Shown piece by piece: positions 43,530-57,199 of a stretch of 64,000 nucleotides of DNA. The stretch's first letter is position 1, and each line of letters opens with the position of its first letter. Made by a program: the position numbers and the translations under genes. The DNA comes from the human T2T-CHM13v2.0 reference genome, Homo sapiens. Where the stretch lies: assembly GCF_009914755.1 (NCBI RefSeq), contig NC_060925.1. One strand, 5' to 3'. The notes under the pieces were generated by a model, which was not told where the DNA came from, made no database searches, and saw only the letters and a list, made by a program, of their open reading frames with translations.

Positions 43530-44700
43530 GCCTAATTCATTTAACATCCAACAAACATGTATTAAACATGTGCAAGATACAATGCTAGCTGATTTGGGTA
43601 CAAAGATGAAAAGAATATGGATGCTGCCAGGGATTGATCCAAGTTTTGTGAGGTTTTAAGCTTATGTAATTTGGAGAGCTTCTTAAAGAAGAAATAATAT
43701 ACAATATAAATGGTAATTATTTTGATAGAGCTCCATAAAATATGTGATAGCAAGTTAAAAGGACGCCTTGCAGGAACCCAGAAGGCTTCACACAGGGCTG
43801 ATCATGAAGACTGAATGGAGCCTGACTAGATGTAGAAAGATCCATTCTGGCAGAGGAAACTACATTCTAAGCTTCAGAGGTGTGGCAGGGGCAGAGGGTA
43901 TTGCCAGAGGACCACAAGTAATTCACTATGTCTGACACTGAAAATGTGTGTCTGAAGTAGGTGGTGGAATAATATAAAACCAGGAAAAATAAAGAGTCAG
44001 CCAGAGGCCAGACAGTGGGAAAATGGTGCTATATGTAGGAGTTTTGATGTAATTTTTAAGGTATTGGGTATTTAGATATAGTCTCTTAGACATTGAGATG
44101 TGACTGAAAATTTTTGATCAAGGCATCAGATATTTATTTTGGAATATTCTCGTCAGGGATGGAGTAGAAGGGCATAGGACTAGAGCAAGATTGATAAGCA
44201 AGAGAGAAATGATGAGAACCTGAACTCAAGGGTGAAACAAAGGGAATGGAAAAGATGAAGAGTTAAGGGAAGAAAAGCATCACATTTGGATTGATTAGAC
44301 ATGGCAGGTAAGGGAGAGGGAGAGATCTAACGTGATTCCAAGGTTTCTGGCTTGGGTGGCTACCTGGATTCCAGAGCCATAGGAGAGAAAGGGGGTTTTC
44401 AGAAAAAAAGATACAATCTACCAAGTGTGAGGTCCTAGAGGACAGCCAGCCAGCAAAGTCTTGTCACAGCTGAAGATGTGATTTCAGAGATCTGGAGGAA
44501 GAATCTGGCCTAGAGATTCAGATGTGGAAAACAGCCAGCAGCCTTTCATAGTTGAAACAGTGTGGATGCCCTTGCCAGGGACTGTCTGTGGAGTGGAGTA
44601 AGAATGGGAGGTGGTAGAGGACAGAGCTTTGAGAGAACCATGTAATAAACATGGGAAGATAGGGGAGTTGGCAGGATAGCCTGGGAAGAAAGCACTTTCC
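43530..44700 (-). mobile_element. L2 fragments
   Basis: ATTCATTTAACATCCAACAAACATGTATT tail; GATTCCAAGGTTTCTGGCTTGGGTG is a typical L2 motif. Confidence 0.65.
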
Positions 44701-44874
44701 AAATCTAAAATATTCAATTTTTGAAATATTCTCTGAGTTTTTGTTTATGTCTTTGAGCAATCACAAGCAAAATTTCAAATTTTTTCCTTGAGAACTTCTA
44801 CCCTTATTCTAACAAGGGTTCCCTCTTTGCACCAAACATATTTGGACCTATGTCCTTTCTTTTCAATACTTACT

Positions 44875-45058
44875 CAGTGGTTCTTAACCCTGGTTGCCTA
44901 CTAGAATCATGGGGAGAACTTAAACAAACAAAAAATAATGAAAACAATGCCTTAGATCAAAATGCTGATTACTTGACTCTGGTTGGGCCCCAGCACAGTA
45001 TTAGTTCTTCAAACCTTGTCAGGGGATTTTAATATGTAGCTAGGGTTGAGAAGAACTA
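44875..45058. mobile_element. MER5B-like hAT-Charlie element
   Basis: CAGTGGTTCTTAACCCTGGTTG...AGAATCA...GCTAGGGTTGAGAAGAACTA termini. Confidence 0.8.
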
Positions 45059-45109
45059 TCTTAAGTCATCATACAGAACCCCATGATGTTGAGTGACAAC
45101 TGTAACTGA

Positions 45110-45540
45110 GGACTCCTAACTTCATACTCTAGCCTTGACCTCCTCCCTGAGCTCAAACAAATATATATTTGCTACTTGATATTTTTACTTCTAATAGGTA
45201 TTTCAAACATGATGTCTTCAAAATAGCATTCATGTTTTTTTATCTCAAACCCGTTTCTCTCCCAATGCTCTCATCTCAATAAATGGCATCAACATTTATG
45301 CACCCAGTGTCCAAAACTAGAAGTCATACTTAATACCACTTCACCCCTCACAATCCATTTCTCATCCAAAAGCAAATCTGACTGCTTTACTTTCCTGAAT
45401 CCATCTACTTGTCACCATTTCAAACACTTGCCCAATTCCAAGTCATCACTTCTTGCCTGTGACTGTAGCTGCTCTTAAATGATCTTGCTTTTATTCTTAT
45501 TTTCTTAAAGTCAAATATCCACACAAGCTACTAAAATGCT
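45110..45540 (+). mobile_element. L2 fragment
   Basis: CTCTAGCCTTGACCTCCTCCCTGAGCTC...CATCTCAATAAATGGCATC. Confidence 0.7.
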
Positions 45541-45892
45541 AGTGCTAGTTATGACTCAGTGGAACCCTGGGGTTCTATGGGACACAGTATAGAATCCTCT
45601 GGCTAGAAATAATAGGAGCAAGGTGCCAGTAGAAGGTCTTGTCTTTGTGCACCAAGAAACTAGGGCCTTCCCTCTTCACTTGGCAATGCCAGCCATTGAC
45701 CTGGACTTGACAATTCTTGTAGGCTTCTTCACCTCATGGTGCCTTTAAAGTTAGCATCGTGGGTGGATATCTGGCCTGTTCCCCCAACACTCCAGTTCCA
45801 ACCTTCCAGCTTTTCCTCATATTTTGACCTATCTTTGATACTCTTGCTGCCCTGGAATTGGACTTGCATTTATTCACCTTTCTTTACACACC

Positions 45893-46170
45893 TTTCTTTA
45901 TGTGTAAAATGGGGCTAAGGTTAATACGTATTTTATAGTTATTGGGAGGATTAAGTGAGAATTCATGTGAAGTGTCTGGTAGAGTATTCAATCATGTTTA
46001 TTGTTAGTGTTATAATTATTTTATTATTATTATAGTAGTAACAGTATTAGAACTAGTTACAGTGCTTTTATTGTTGTCTAATTGAGTGTATCTTCAAACA
46101 GATCACCCATAAAGACTGATCTCATTGCTTTTGGGAAAAAAATCAGTGAATTACTTATACCTCATTAAAC
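45893..46170 (+). repeat. ~280-bp local duplication, copy 1 (MIR 3' half plus unique flank)
   Basis: Aligns to 47584-47865, including an identical CTTCAAACAGATCACCCATAAAGACTGATCTCATTGCTTTT. Confidence 0.95.
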
Positions 46171-46420
46171 TTTTGGTTAACCTTTTTTTGCTTAAACTTC
46201 TGGTTCCTCAGTTGTTTCTTACCCTTCCTTTTGCCTTCTATTTAGTCTAAGAGAACTTCTAGGCTGACCTGAAAAATTTCTGCAGTAGAATGTCATTTGG
46301 TAAGGTCTCCTAATTGAAGGTGTGTCCTTGGTCAGCCTTCTCCAGTGCCTGAAATTTCCACATAAAATCTTTTTAGGGGAGAGATGGAAGGGAGGGGAAC
46401 AGTTAGTGGCTTTTGAAAGA

Positions 46421-46867
46421 TGTATTAGACAGATTGACAGACTTCTTCAGACCAACAGAACCAGCGGGCTGAATAGGGGTGGTGGAGGGGAGAGAGAGAG
46501 ACAGAGAGAGAGATTTTAAGGAATTGACTCCTGTGATTTTGGAGTCTGGCAAGCCGAAAATCTGAAAGGCCAGCAGGCTGGAGATCCAGGGAAGAGTTGA
46601 TCTTGCAGTAAGAGTCTAAAGGCAGTCTGCTGAAAAGATTCTTTTTCCTCAGAGGAGGTCAGTCTTTTTCTATTAAGGCATGCAACTGATCGGATGAGAC
46701 CCATCCACATTATGGAGGGTAATCTGCTTTGCTCAAAGTCTACTGAGTTCAATGTAAACCTCATCTAAAAAATACTTTCACAGAAACTGAAACATCTAGA
46801 ATAATGCCTGGCTAAATATCTGGGTACAATGGTCTAGCCAAGTTGACAAATAAAATTATCCATCACA
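46421..46867 (-). mobile_element. ERVL solo LTR, MLT2D-like
   Basis: TGTATTAG...CCACATTATGGAGGGTAATCTGCTTTGCTCAAAGTCTACTGA...GCCAAGTTGACAAATAAAATTATCCATCACA. TSD AAAGA/AAAGG. Confidence 0.9.
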
Positions 46868-47479
46868 AAAGGCAAGTGCCATTTGAAAGAGGTAAAAAAG
46901 ATCCAAGTCAATATGTGCATTCTATATAAATCATAATGTTTCCACCCCACTCAGTAAATTCTCTTCAAGTACTTTCTCATATGTTACTTGTTCTTTTCCT
47001 CAAAGATGCTCTTTAAAATATCATATGAAGGCAGGTTGTAAAGAGCATCAATTGAGATATAAATAATTCATCTTTCTCAAGTGAGTAACTAAGTAGACAA
47101 TTCAAAACAGAGTTTAAAATTCCACTGCAGAAATTGCTTTTTAGATATTTTGGTACTTTTGCTGCAAAAGCTTTCAGAAAGAAGTTGCTGAAAATTGTGG
47201 GGGGTGTTTTGGATGTCCACTAACTTGCAAGAGCCAAGAAACCTAGAACCATTTCTATCCTATTCACCATTAATTCTAGCACAGCATCAGTACTTTGTGG
47301 ACATTCAATAAATATTTATGGAAGGAATAAGTGGGACTATTTGTTCCCAATTAAAATTGGTCTTAATTTTTTTATTCTGTACGTGGTGTCTCTCTAGGAC
47401 CACAAGGTGTAATGACTCCTGTGATGTCACCTGGCTCTTTTTGTATCAGTTACAGGGTGGTGAGGGGAGGGGTGTAGTG

Positions 47480-47700
47480 AGTGACTGAAAGCGTAGCGGC
47501 TGGACTGTCTGGGGTCACATGCTGGTGCGGCACTTATTCTTTGTGTGATCCTGGACAGGTTACTTAACTTCTTTGCACTTCAGTTTCTTTATGTGTAAAA
47601 TGGGGTTAGAGATAATGTGTATTTTATATTGGGAGGACTAAATGAGAATTCATGTGAAGTGCCTGGTAAAAGTATTCAATAATGTTTATTATTGTTGTTG
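47480..47700 (+). mobile_element. MIR SINE (near full length; likely donor of the duplication)
   Basis: GTGTGATCCTGGACAGGTTACTTAACTTCTTTGCACTTCAGTTTCTTTATGTGTAAAATGGGG. Confidence 0.85.
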
Positions 47701-47865
47701 TAATTATTATATTATTATTATAGTAGTAGCAGGATTAGAGCTAGTTACGGTGCTTTTATTGTTGTCTAATTGAGTGTACCTTCAAACAGATCACCCATAA
47801 AGACTGATCTCATTGCTTTTGGGAAAAATCATTCGTTCAGTGGATTACTTATATTTCACTTAAAC
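47584..47865 (+). repeat. ~280-bp local duplication, copy 2
   Basis: Aligns to 45893-46170. Confidence 0.95.
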
Positions 47866-50800
47866 AGAGTCTTCAAAGATGACATCGTGTGGGGTACCAC
47901 CTTTCTGGCTTTGACCCATACCCTCAGTTCCAAATATCAGATGCTTCCCCAGATTTGAATGTCCCTTTTATGTCACAAAGGAAGTAAGACTAGGCCCCTG
48001 GCCATTTTTTCCACACCTTCATTGTAACCTCAGTGATGTTTCTGTTCCTTCTAAGGTGACATTAGCTAAGCTTAGCAGGTGTGAGGTGAGACGCCCTTAG
48101 TTTCTATAGTGTTTTATTGTTATTCCTTCATGTTATTTAGAGTTTAAAGTTAGTCTTAGGAGGACATTGCTTGGTGCCTAGGGGCCAGTGGAGCTTAGAG
48201 TCAGGCTGTTGGTGGTCACAAGGACCCATGATTTCTGGGGAGAGGAAGGGTGTGAACCAGGTGTCCTGGCCAGCCTCCAAGTTTGGCTCAGTGAATTTTA
48301 CCTCCTGAAAATCCCCCCTGTCCTTTCAATTGGATATGGTATTCCTCTCGGTTTCCTGTCCCAAACTGAGATCCATGGGATTGTGGTGTGGCTGCAGAAC
48401 AGCTGCAGCATTCCACCACCGAGGTGCTGCGCATGGATTCCAGGGGTGGATGAAGCAAGAGGCTTATGCACAGCTTGGATAAAGTATCAGCTTGCAAAAT
48501 ATTTGGGGACCCTCTGGGATGAAGGACTCTGGGCAGAGCAGTGATGCTGTAGTGGTGACGTGTACTGATTCATTGCTATCTCCTGGAATGTCATGGGCTT
48601 TAGCTGTGTGGACTAGAGCCCATGTGGTTACTTGTTCTGCTGGCATGAGAGTCTGTGTGAGAGGAATGGCCACATGGTGTTCACAGCAGGATGCTGTGAT
48701 TGACAGGAGTGGGAAGCCCTAGGGGTAAATTTCAGCTGCTAGTTCTGGCCAGATGGGAGAGGCCTCCCATGTGTGTTGGGATGAGGATAGAGGCTTCTAA
48801 GATAGCTAGCCCATTGAAGTACATTGCATTTCAGAATTTATATTTTTTGGTGGACTGCTAATAGCCCATATCCAGAAGGAATGTGATAAACACAGCAATG
48901 ACAACAATGAAATCTTATACACCAACAATGAAATCAAAACACTTGCCTGGTGTGAGTTTCCCTTGACTACATATAGGGAAGGATAAAAAGAAAAGCAAAA
49001 TATTTGAAATATCTAATTTTATTACAATAGCCAGGACTCTACATATCAAAAAAATACCTGAAAATATCAGCTTCAAGTCATGGGAATAATAAAAAGTATA
49101 TATTCTCTGCCTTCTGGGAAATCTCAGACCTTGAAATTCTGCAGGGAATCTCCCCTCCTCCACTGTTTCACACATTTCTGAATCTAGCCTAGGATTTCCA
49201 GATTAAGTAAGGTCCCAGCAGTTGTGGAAGAAATGATCCGGTGATTACTTGTCATCCATAGGACCATAGAGACTGAGTTTAGGAAACTGGACCTAATTTG
49301 TTCCAATGAAAGCAGGCATTGACTTGAACTTGAACCAGAAATATATGAAAAGTCCAGGAACTATGTATATATTTTCTCTCTTCTTTCAGCATTCTTTTTC
49401 CCCCATAGCCCTCCCAGCTTCCTTTGTTTTCTGAACAAGCTCTAAATTTTTTTTTTCTATGCACTTTCTTTCACCCCAATCTCATTATCGAAGAAGCTAA
49501 AAACAGTGATTCAGGAAGACAGCGAACTATAAAAGGCTTTACTTATTGTCCCTAAATCAATCTTACAGAAATTATAGAAGGCAAAAGGAAGATGGATATT
49601 AGAAACTAACTTAAAAATTGTTAGACACCCTTGGCGAGATTGCTCTGGGGGCTGAAGCCTTGGGAAAAGGGTTCAAAACAGAGCACTGAGGAAATAGATC
49701 CATTCTATTCTTGCCTCTCTCCAGTATTGCTTTGAGAGGATGCCTGCCTCATCCCCTCTGGATCAGTCAATCCTGAGTTAACAAGGAAGTTCAGGTCTGT
49801 GCCAAAAGCCTTATTGGTGAGAGAGGCTGCTGAGAGTAGATAGTCACCCTTTAACCTCTTTCTCTCCAAACCTCCAAAATTTATGGTTAATATCCCAGGA
49901 AGCTACTATCCAGCACTTCTTCTTGTGTCCTCTTCCATAAGCCCAACCACATCAGTCATATGACTCTTTCCCTGAAATTCTTTTTCTCATATTTTTCAGT
50001 CTTGCTCCTTCCAGACTCTGAACCAACCACTGAAGCCCCTTGTCACAGCTCAGGAATTCATAAATAGCTGTACTTCAGGCAACTTCTTGTTCCATGCAAA
50101 TTGAACCACGTGTAGAGCTTGTAGTTTTGCTCACTGGGGAATTTCCCTTCACCACTGTTTTTGAGAGACTCCCCTGAGTGCAGCTATAGTGTGGCAGCAG
50201 TCTGTTTCTGGTATTATGCCAACTGCTTTGTGAGCCAGGCCTGAGATTCACCTCCCCCGCTTTTTTTTTTTACTGATTGTAGAGGCCTGCCTCACCACTA
50301 CCATGAGACCACAGTTGAGGGAGAAGAGTTTATAAAGTCTTGGAAGTCTTAAACTATTTGTTCATGCAATTTACTTGTACTTTCTCAACCCTCTCAAGCT
50401 CAATACTAGATGTACTATTTTCATTGTACAATGACTTGCTGCTGCTCTCTCTTGATCATATAACTTGGTGGATCTAAAGAGAGCTAGGTCATGGTCAAAT
50501 GTTCTGGTCACACAGTCATCTGCTATTTAATGATCAGGCTCTCAGCGTCTAGTAGAGCATGTAGCTATCAATCAAGTGCCAGATAATTATCTGTTGCACA
50601 ATAATATGTGGATTTGTCTTAGAATTCTAAAATCCTGTCCTGAATATCCCCTAGTAATTGCTGGAGGCTCCACATAGCATCTGTGTCTAGTACCTTAACC
50701 ACTTTCAATACCTCTAGTATTATTGGCCTTGCTGGGTCACATGGCCAAAGCTGTAGGGAACCCACTATGGATCCCTTTCTTGTTCTGGACCCTAATCGAA

Positions 50801-51089
50801 ACTAACATGCTTCTGAGTCACTTGCTAAATGGGCTAAAACATTATTCCCAATTATGATATGTGCTACCTTCAAAGTTGAAAGAGGACCACCAAACCCTGT
50901 GCCTCTTTTTTAGTAGTGGAAGGTGCAAGGTGTAGTAATTTGTACTTTACCTTAGAGAGGATGTCTCAGCATGCACCAGACCATTGCATCCCTACAAACT
51001 TCACCAGTGAGGAAAGCTTAATTTTCCTGAGGTTATCTCTCACAAGGTTACCTCTGGCCTACATCTAGGGCACCTTTTACTTCTCACTA

Positions 51090-51583
51090 CGTCCAATATT
51101 CAGCCTCACAGTGATCAGGGAAATGCACAGAAAATAAAAGTTTTCCCATCTATAATGTTGTCAAAGTTTACAAAATGATTTAATGATTTACATTTTTTTG
51201 AATTTTCTAGGATTTGGGAAATGGTCACTCCTGATCACTGATAGTAAGAATATAAATTGGTACAATTCTGAAGGCAGTATCTGTATTTTATGTATGTAAT
51301 GTATATACACATATGCATGTATAAATACAATATATTTAGCAACATATAGTACATATATGTGTTTACATATATCATAAATATAAAATCTATATAATTTATA
51401 GTCTAGTAATTTCATTTCTGTCCTTATCCTAAAGAAACATAAGGGAGAAATGCATGCAGAAAAATCTCCATGAAGCAAGATACCAGAGTGATGAAATAAT
51501 CTGTATAACAAACCCCCACGACATGAGTTTACCTATGTAACACACCTGTACATGTACTGTCAAGCCTAAAATAAAAGTTAAAC
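51090..51583 (+). mobile_element. L1M fragment followed by a very short L1PA/PB 3' end (about 51480-51583)
   Basis: CAGGGAAATGCA...AATTGGTACAATTCTGAAGGCAGT, then GATGAAATAATCTGTATAACAAACCCCCACGACATGAGTTTACCTATGTAAC...AATAAAAGTTAAA. Confidence 0.8.
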
Positions 51584-52009
51584 ATTTAGTATTAATCATT
51601 TTTCACAAAACAATTGAAATCCTTTTGTTGTCTTTTACATAATCCTCAGCAGGTGTTTTTGATGCTATTGATGATCGTGCTTTTCTCATAACAAAATATA
51701 TTGAGTGGGATCCAACGTTTAGTACAATCCAACGTACTGTCCTTTCTTTCTCTCCCACACATGTAGCTATTTGATATCAGACCAAAACAATGACACCAGG
51801 AAACCATAAGTCCTGCTAACTCACTCCTTCCACTTTGTCGTTGTTAGAGCCAAAAATTCTCTGAGTTCACTGCTGAGCCAAAGAGGGTGAGCAGACCACC
51901 ATGTGTTCTTGTTTGAAAGTACACTTAAGACTTCAACAAGAACCCAACCCAGAAGTTCTGCCTCTTTTTCTTATCTATTCTAGATTCACATCTGCAAAAT
52001 AGGTAGCTA

Positions 52010-52350
52010 TAATAAGAACAAGCTAGATTGTGCTGCAGTAAAAACTCCAAAATCCCAATGACTTAAAACAACAAAGGTTTACTTCTCTTTCTCATGACAC
52101 ATCTGTTATGCATCAGCTGGGGCTTTTTGCAGCATTCTCATGCCAGGATGAGAATGATGGAGCAACCTCTACCTGGAGGATTTCTTCTCACCCACAAGAG
52201 AAGATAAGGGAGAGGTGGCATATTGCACCCCAGCTCTTAAGATTCCTGCCCCAAATTAACATTATTCTACTCACATTTTACTAGTCAATTTTTCTAAGTG
52301 CTTGAAGGGGGAACAAAAATATTTGGTTTCTGGCAATAATAACTATGACA
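52010..52350 (-). mobile_element. Old MaLR LTR (MLT1K/L-like)
   Basis: GCTAGATTGTGCTGCAGTAAAAACTCCAAAATCCCAATGACTTAAAACAACAAAGGTTTACTTCTC. Confidence 0.7.
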
Positions 52351-54250
52351 GTAGCATAGAGTTTTACACACCCAAACTAACTTTAATTCAATGACCTTAC
52401 TGCTTACTACATTACAATAACTATGCACTCATTGAAGTAATTTTCTGAATGTTTACTCTGAGGTTCATGGCTATGCTCTCTGCTAAAAATATGAGGCTTG
52501 ATAGCTGCACAGGCCTTAATAATACTTGTTTTGTCACATAGAGCAAAAATCTTCATACATCTTTTCAAAGTAGTTGAGAACAGTAGAAGGTTATAAGCAT
52601 AGAGTTGTAAAATCAGTGTAAAAGCCTCTGCTTTATGTTTAAAGTGAAACTGCTAAGTGAGTGGATCAAGGTATAAGGCAAAGGGGTCTGAGTTGGAATA
52701 GCGCATATTGAATATAGACAGCAAGAAAATGCTGAGTGCCAAAATGTCCATTTCAAGAAGATTGTGTTGAATGGGGCAAAAGCTGTGCTGTATTTGATGA
52801 TTCCCCACACACAGTCACTTGAACTAAAAACCAGTCTGTTCATCCTTTGTGTATCTGGAGAATAAAATTGAGAAGCTGTGGAGACATGTCCTAATTGAAG
52901 TCTTCAGGAACAAAAGCTGAAACATGGTTGAATGTTTTTCACAGGCTCTACATGAGGTTTATAGCACAGACCTGTCATAGTCACTGGCTCAGGCTGGAAG
53001 GCTCACTCAAGATGTAAGGTGGCCACGTTTTCAACCTGAGAATATTCTGTTGTCCAAATGGAACCTTCTGCTGGGACAATGAACAAATCCCTATGTGTGG
53101 CTTGGAGAATTCTTTTTCAAAAGGTTAGTACCAATTTTCTGTTAGAAGTGGAGTGGGCAGCACTGTGTGTGGTAAGAAGTTTATGGTTTTGTCAAGGCAT
53201 TTAATGAGATAAGTTGAGTCAATTTATGGTTTATTTGGGTACTTGATTATGTGGCCCGTGCTACCTGGTATTTATGTAACCTGTGAGAGATCCTGGTGTA
53301 ATCTGTGTGGCACAGAAGTGGGAGTTAAACCTCAATTTTTGGCCTCTATTAACTCAGTCTGTAATGCTGTTCCCCTTGTCACCATCAGAAGCCCTGCATC
53401 TCAACTCACAAATATTTTCTTAGCTTCAGACTTGGTGAGTATGAACAACTGTCATTTCTTAAAGACAGAATGTTCTTCTCTCTCAAACCAAGTGAGAATG
53501 AACTGCTGATGACTGCCCTGGGTGTTTTAATCAGGACGGTAAGCTCTGAAATTACTCTCTGGGTCATTGTCACCCACTCTCTCTTTTGCCAAGTTAATTT
53601 TTCTTCATTAAAACAAGAACTGTCCGGAAAAAAATTTAAATTTTTCCTAAGTGAAAACCAGTAAAAAAGCTGAAGCCAAAAATTGTTGGCAATCTTCGTG
53701 CTGAATTATGCAGTCTGCACATTGCAGGCAGCCTGTGGGTCCTGAGGCTGTCACAAATAACAGGGGAATGTGGCTCTTTCTCCCAACAGGAAGAGCCTCT
53801 GCCCAGTGGTCTGGGCCCTGGGCCATGGCTGAACTTTACTGCTGCTTCCAAGGAAAACTTTCTGTTTTACCCACACATGAAATGGTTATGATGTTGAGAA
53901 TAACAATTTACTAACTTATTTTTTCTAAGTGTGAAGCAGCCTGTCTCTTCTTAGGTGCATAAACTCTATCTTTATTCCTCAGCATTCACAATGGCAAATG
54001 CTGTTCTGTGTGCCACTGCTCCCTCTTGGTGCTCCTCCTCTGCCTCCAGCACTCCTGTGTACGGAGTGTTTATATGCTGCTGTGGCTTCCCAAGCTCCTT
54101 CTCAGGCTCAGGCCTCTGGGCAGAGCCTTCTTGTAGTGTTCACACTGTATTTCCTTCCATCCTTTCTTGCATTTCTGTGCACTCAGGTCCTGGTCCAAGA
54201 GCTGTGTAATCTTCTTGTGATGAGTTAGATCTTTATTATGCATTAGGCAT

Positions 54251-54334
54251 TAATTACAGCTTATAGCTTAAAGTGAGTAATGGTTTAGTCAATAATTACA
54301 GCTTATAGCTTAAAGTGAGTCATGGTTTAGTCAA
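54251..54334. repeat. 42-bp tandem duplication (41/42 identical)
   Basis: TAATTACAGCTTATAGCTTAAAGTGAGT[A/C]ATGGTTTAGTCAA twice. Confidence 0.98.
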
Positions 54335-57199
54335 ATGACAAATGTGCATTATAACAATGTTCTTCAATACCTTCAATCCCATTAAAAAATTTGGTCGTGA
54401 CCTATTCATCGCATTATTTTCCATAATTCTTCATTCTCAGAGCTAAGAACTCATTTTTGCAGCCTCAGCCTGGCTTCATTCTCTGAGACCAACCTTGTCA
54501 AGGGCAGGTAGCGAGTAAGTAAGATCAAGAAATTCAGCTCTAACTAAACCTTGTGCTGCTTTCTGCTCTGGGCTTACAGTCTACTGCTAGCAACTGGATT
54601 CCTGCTTTGCTCTGAGACTCAATACTCCCAAATGCTCCTGATTCAGGGGCAGTCAGGTAATAGTAGAGTAACTCCAAAGGAGTGACTAACAGTGGGAATT
54701 CTGGGGCAAAGGGTGTGGGGACATTTTAGGCTTTGGGTGAGAGGGCAGAGCAGGTTCCAGGACTCTTCAATCAAACCACAAAAAAGGCTGCTTTCTCTCA
54801 CCTGTCTTTTAGGTTGATGCTGCCCACAGTGAGCCTGGCTAAACAGAACTCTGCTGTTCTCAGGAACATTTTTTCCTGTCATGAGCATCCCCCTTCAGCA
54901 GGAACGCTTTGCTTTGTTTAGTTGTTTCATTATCATATCATGCACTGTCTCAGAGTAGACATAAGGGTCATACTACAGATTGTTCCCCACAGTATGTGAA
55001 AAAAATTAGGATTTTACATAGTTAAATAAATGAATTAGACATTTCCTGAACCAATAAAGTCTAGGTGGCCATCATAGTATTTTGTTTTCCATGTGCCTGA
55101 TACAAACCATTCCCTTTGGTTTGTGTAATGCCAGGCTCAAGGACTTTTTGCCTATAATGGTACAGGACAGCCTTGATTACACCTGAAGGATTCTTTTCTT
55201 TCTTTTTCTTTAAAATGAAATTTCATATGAGGACCAAAATCAACATGTTACAGTGTAAAAGATTCAAAATTTGTTAGATGCAAAATTTCAGGTTGCAAAA
55301 TTTTGCATACAGAATGACTTCAGCAATGTAAAATATACACATAGGTTGAAAACTCCTAAATATGGTTATCATGGGATAGTAAGCCTATAGGTGATTTAGA
55401 TCTTCTTCATATTAATCTCTATTTCCAAACATTCTAGAACAGGTTTACGACAAGAAAGAAAATAAATGTTGCCTAAAAATAAAAAGCACTGATTCTGGAT
55501 TTATGAGAACTTTATTCTATAGTAAAAGTGTGGAATAAATATAAAGCATGCCGATTCCAATCAGGCTATTGTGAGAGTCAAGTGAGACAATGGGTGCAAA
55601 AGCACTGTAAAAAATGTGAATTATAGAGGACCACTCAAATATTCCCACAGCATTGGGTAACAAAGTCAGAGGTGACTCCACCACTTACCCAACTGCCCCT
55701 GGATCAGGGACATGTAAGAGTATTGAGTCTCAGAGCAAAGTAGTAATCTAGTTGCTAGAAGTAGACTGTCAGTCCAGAGCAGAAAGCACACGAGGTTTAC
55801 TTAAGGCTGAGTTTCTTGATTTCACTTACTTTGTCCCACTTACAAGGTTGGTTCCCGAGCATGAAGCCTGGCTGAGACAGCTAAAATGAGTTCTCAGCTA
55901 TAAGAATGCAGAATTATGGAAAAAATGCGACCAATAGGTTACTACCAAATTTTTTTAATGGGATGTGGGGACATATTTCATAAACACTTTTTAGTTTAAC
56001 AGGATTCCTGCAGGCAATTTTAATGGTTATGTTTCAGGACAAGGACCTGCCTTTAGTCTGTGTGATAATGAGCCATGCTGTGACAAATGTACCTTGGCAG
56101 TGCTCTTACACAGTGAAATCCCAGTGGCAAGTACAAGCAGGAGCAGCAGGTGTACAAATGATCCAGGGATCAACCAAAGCAAGGGATCCATCTGGCAGTT
56201 TTTTATCATCCAGAAAATAGGGCTGATTAGAGGAGGTGTGGAGTGTGAGGGTCAGGGAAAGTAAAACAAACTGTAGGGCTATGATTCATGAAGTGGAAAT
56301 GCCTAAAAGCCTAGCCTGAGAGCAGTGCAGTGACAGACAGTGGAAGCAATGGCTTCATCTGCAAACCAAGCCTTCACTGGACACCGTAAGGAAAGTGAAG
56401 CTGCCCTTCTGTTGGTTCAGTTTGCTCCTCCAGGTGCTTAGTGATGCCATCAGCAGCAGCAATACAAAACTCACAGCCCATAGAGGGAAGAGAGCATGTT
56501 TTCCCAAACTCATTTGGTTGTAAAGAACTAACAGCTACTTACACAATTCCAAACAAAGGAAACTTTTTTTTGGAAAAATGTCAACATAGAACTCTCAAGA
56601 AGTTAAGAATGGAAACCAAAGTAGAATAGGGCTTCATGGGAACTCTAATCAGAACCAAGGCAAAATGGTCTCTCAATTAATCATGGCATCCATAATTCTT
56701 TCTATGCCTATTTCTTTCTATACTCTGCTCTATAATTATACTAACAAGCTTCTACTGCTTAATCAGAGCTTTTGAATGCTCAAATTTCAGCATACACATG
56801 GGCTCTGCCTTATCATAGCCACATGGCATGTCTGTGCAGCAGATTTGTGTAGAAGGGGTATGACCAGGACAGCGAATAACTAGTTACACATTTGGTTCAT
56901 TAAAAATTGCAACCTATTGTGGGAAAAATTGTTACAGAGCCAGGAGACTATAGACTCCATAAGGAAAAAAACTATTCCACCTTATTCACCACTGTATCCA
57001 TGTTGCCTAAAATAGTGTCCATTACATAGAGCTAATGATTAAATGAATACATTCAGAAAGCATTTAGTGCTTCCTTGTGATGGAAGGAGCAGATAAAAGA
57101 GAGTTTTAGGAATTAGAATTTCTGCCTTTAAGTAATTATCTAATCTAATTGGAGAAATAAGTCATGCTGATATAAAATCATATGGATATAATGGATTTA

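Noticed and set aside
48697-48706. Perfect PBX-MEIS decamer TGATTGACAG
   Set aside because: An isolated 10-mer, possibly inside an unrecognised old LTR, is insufficient alone.
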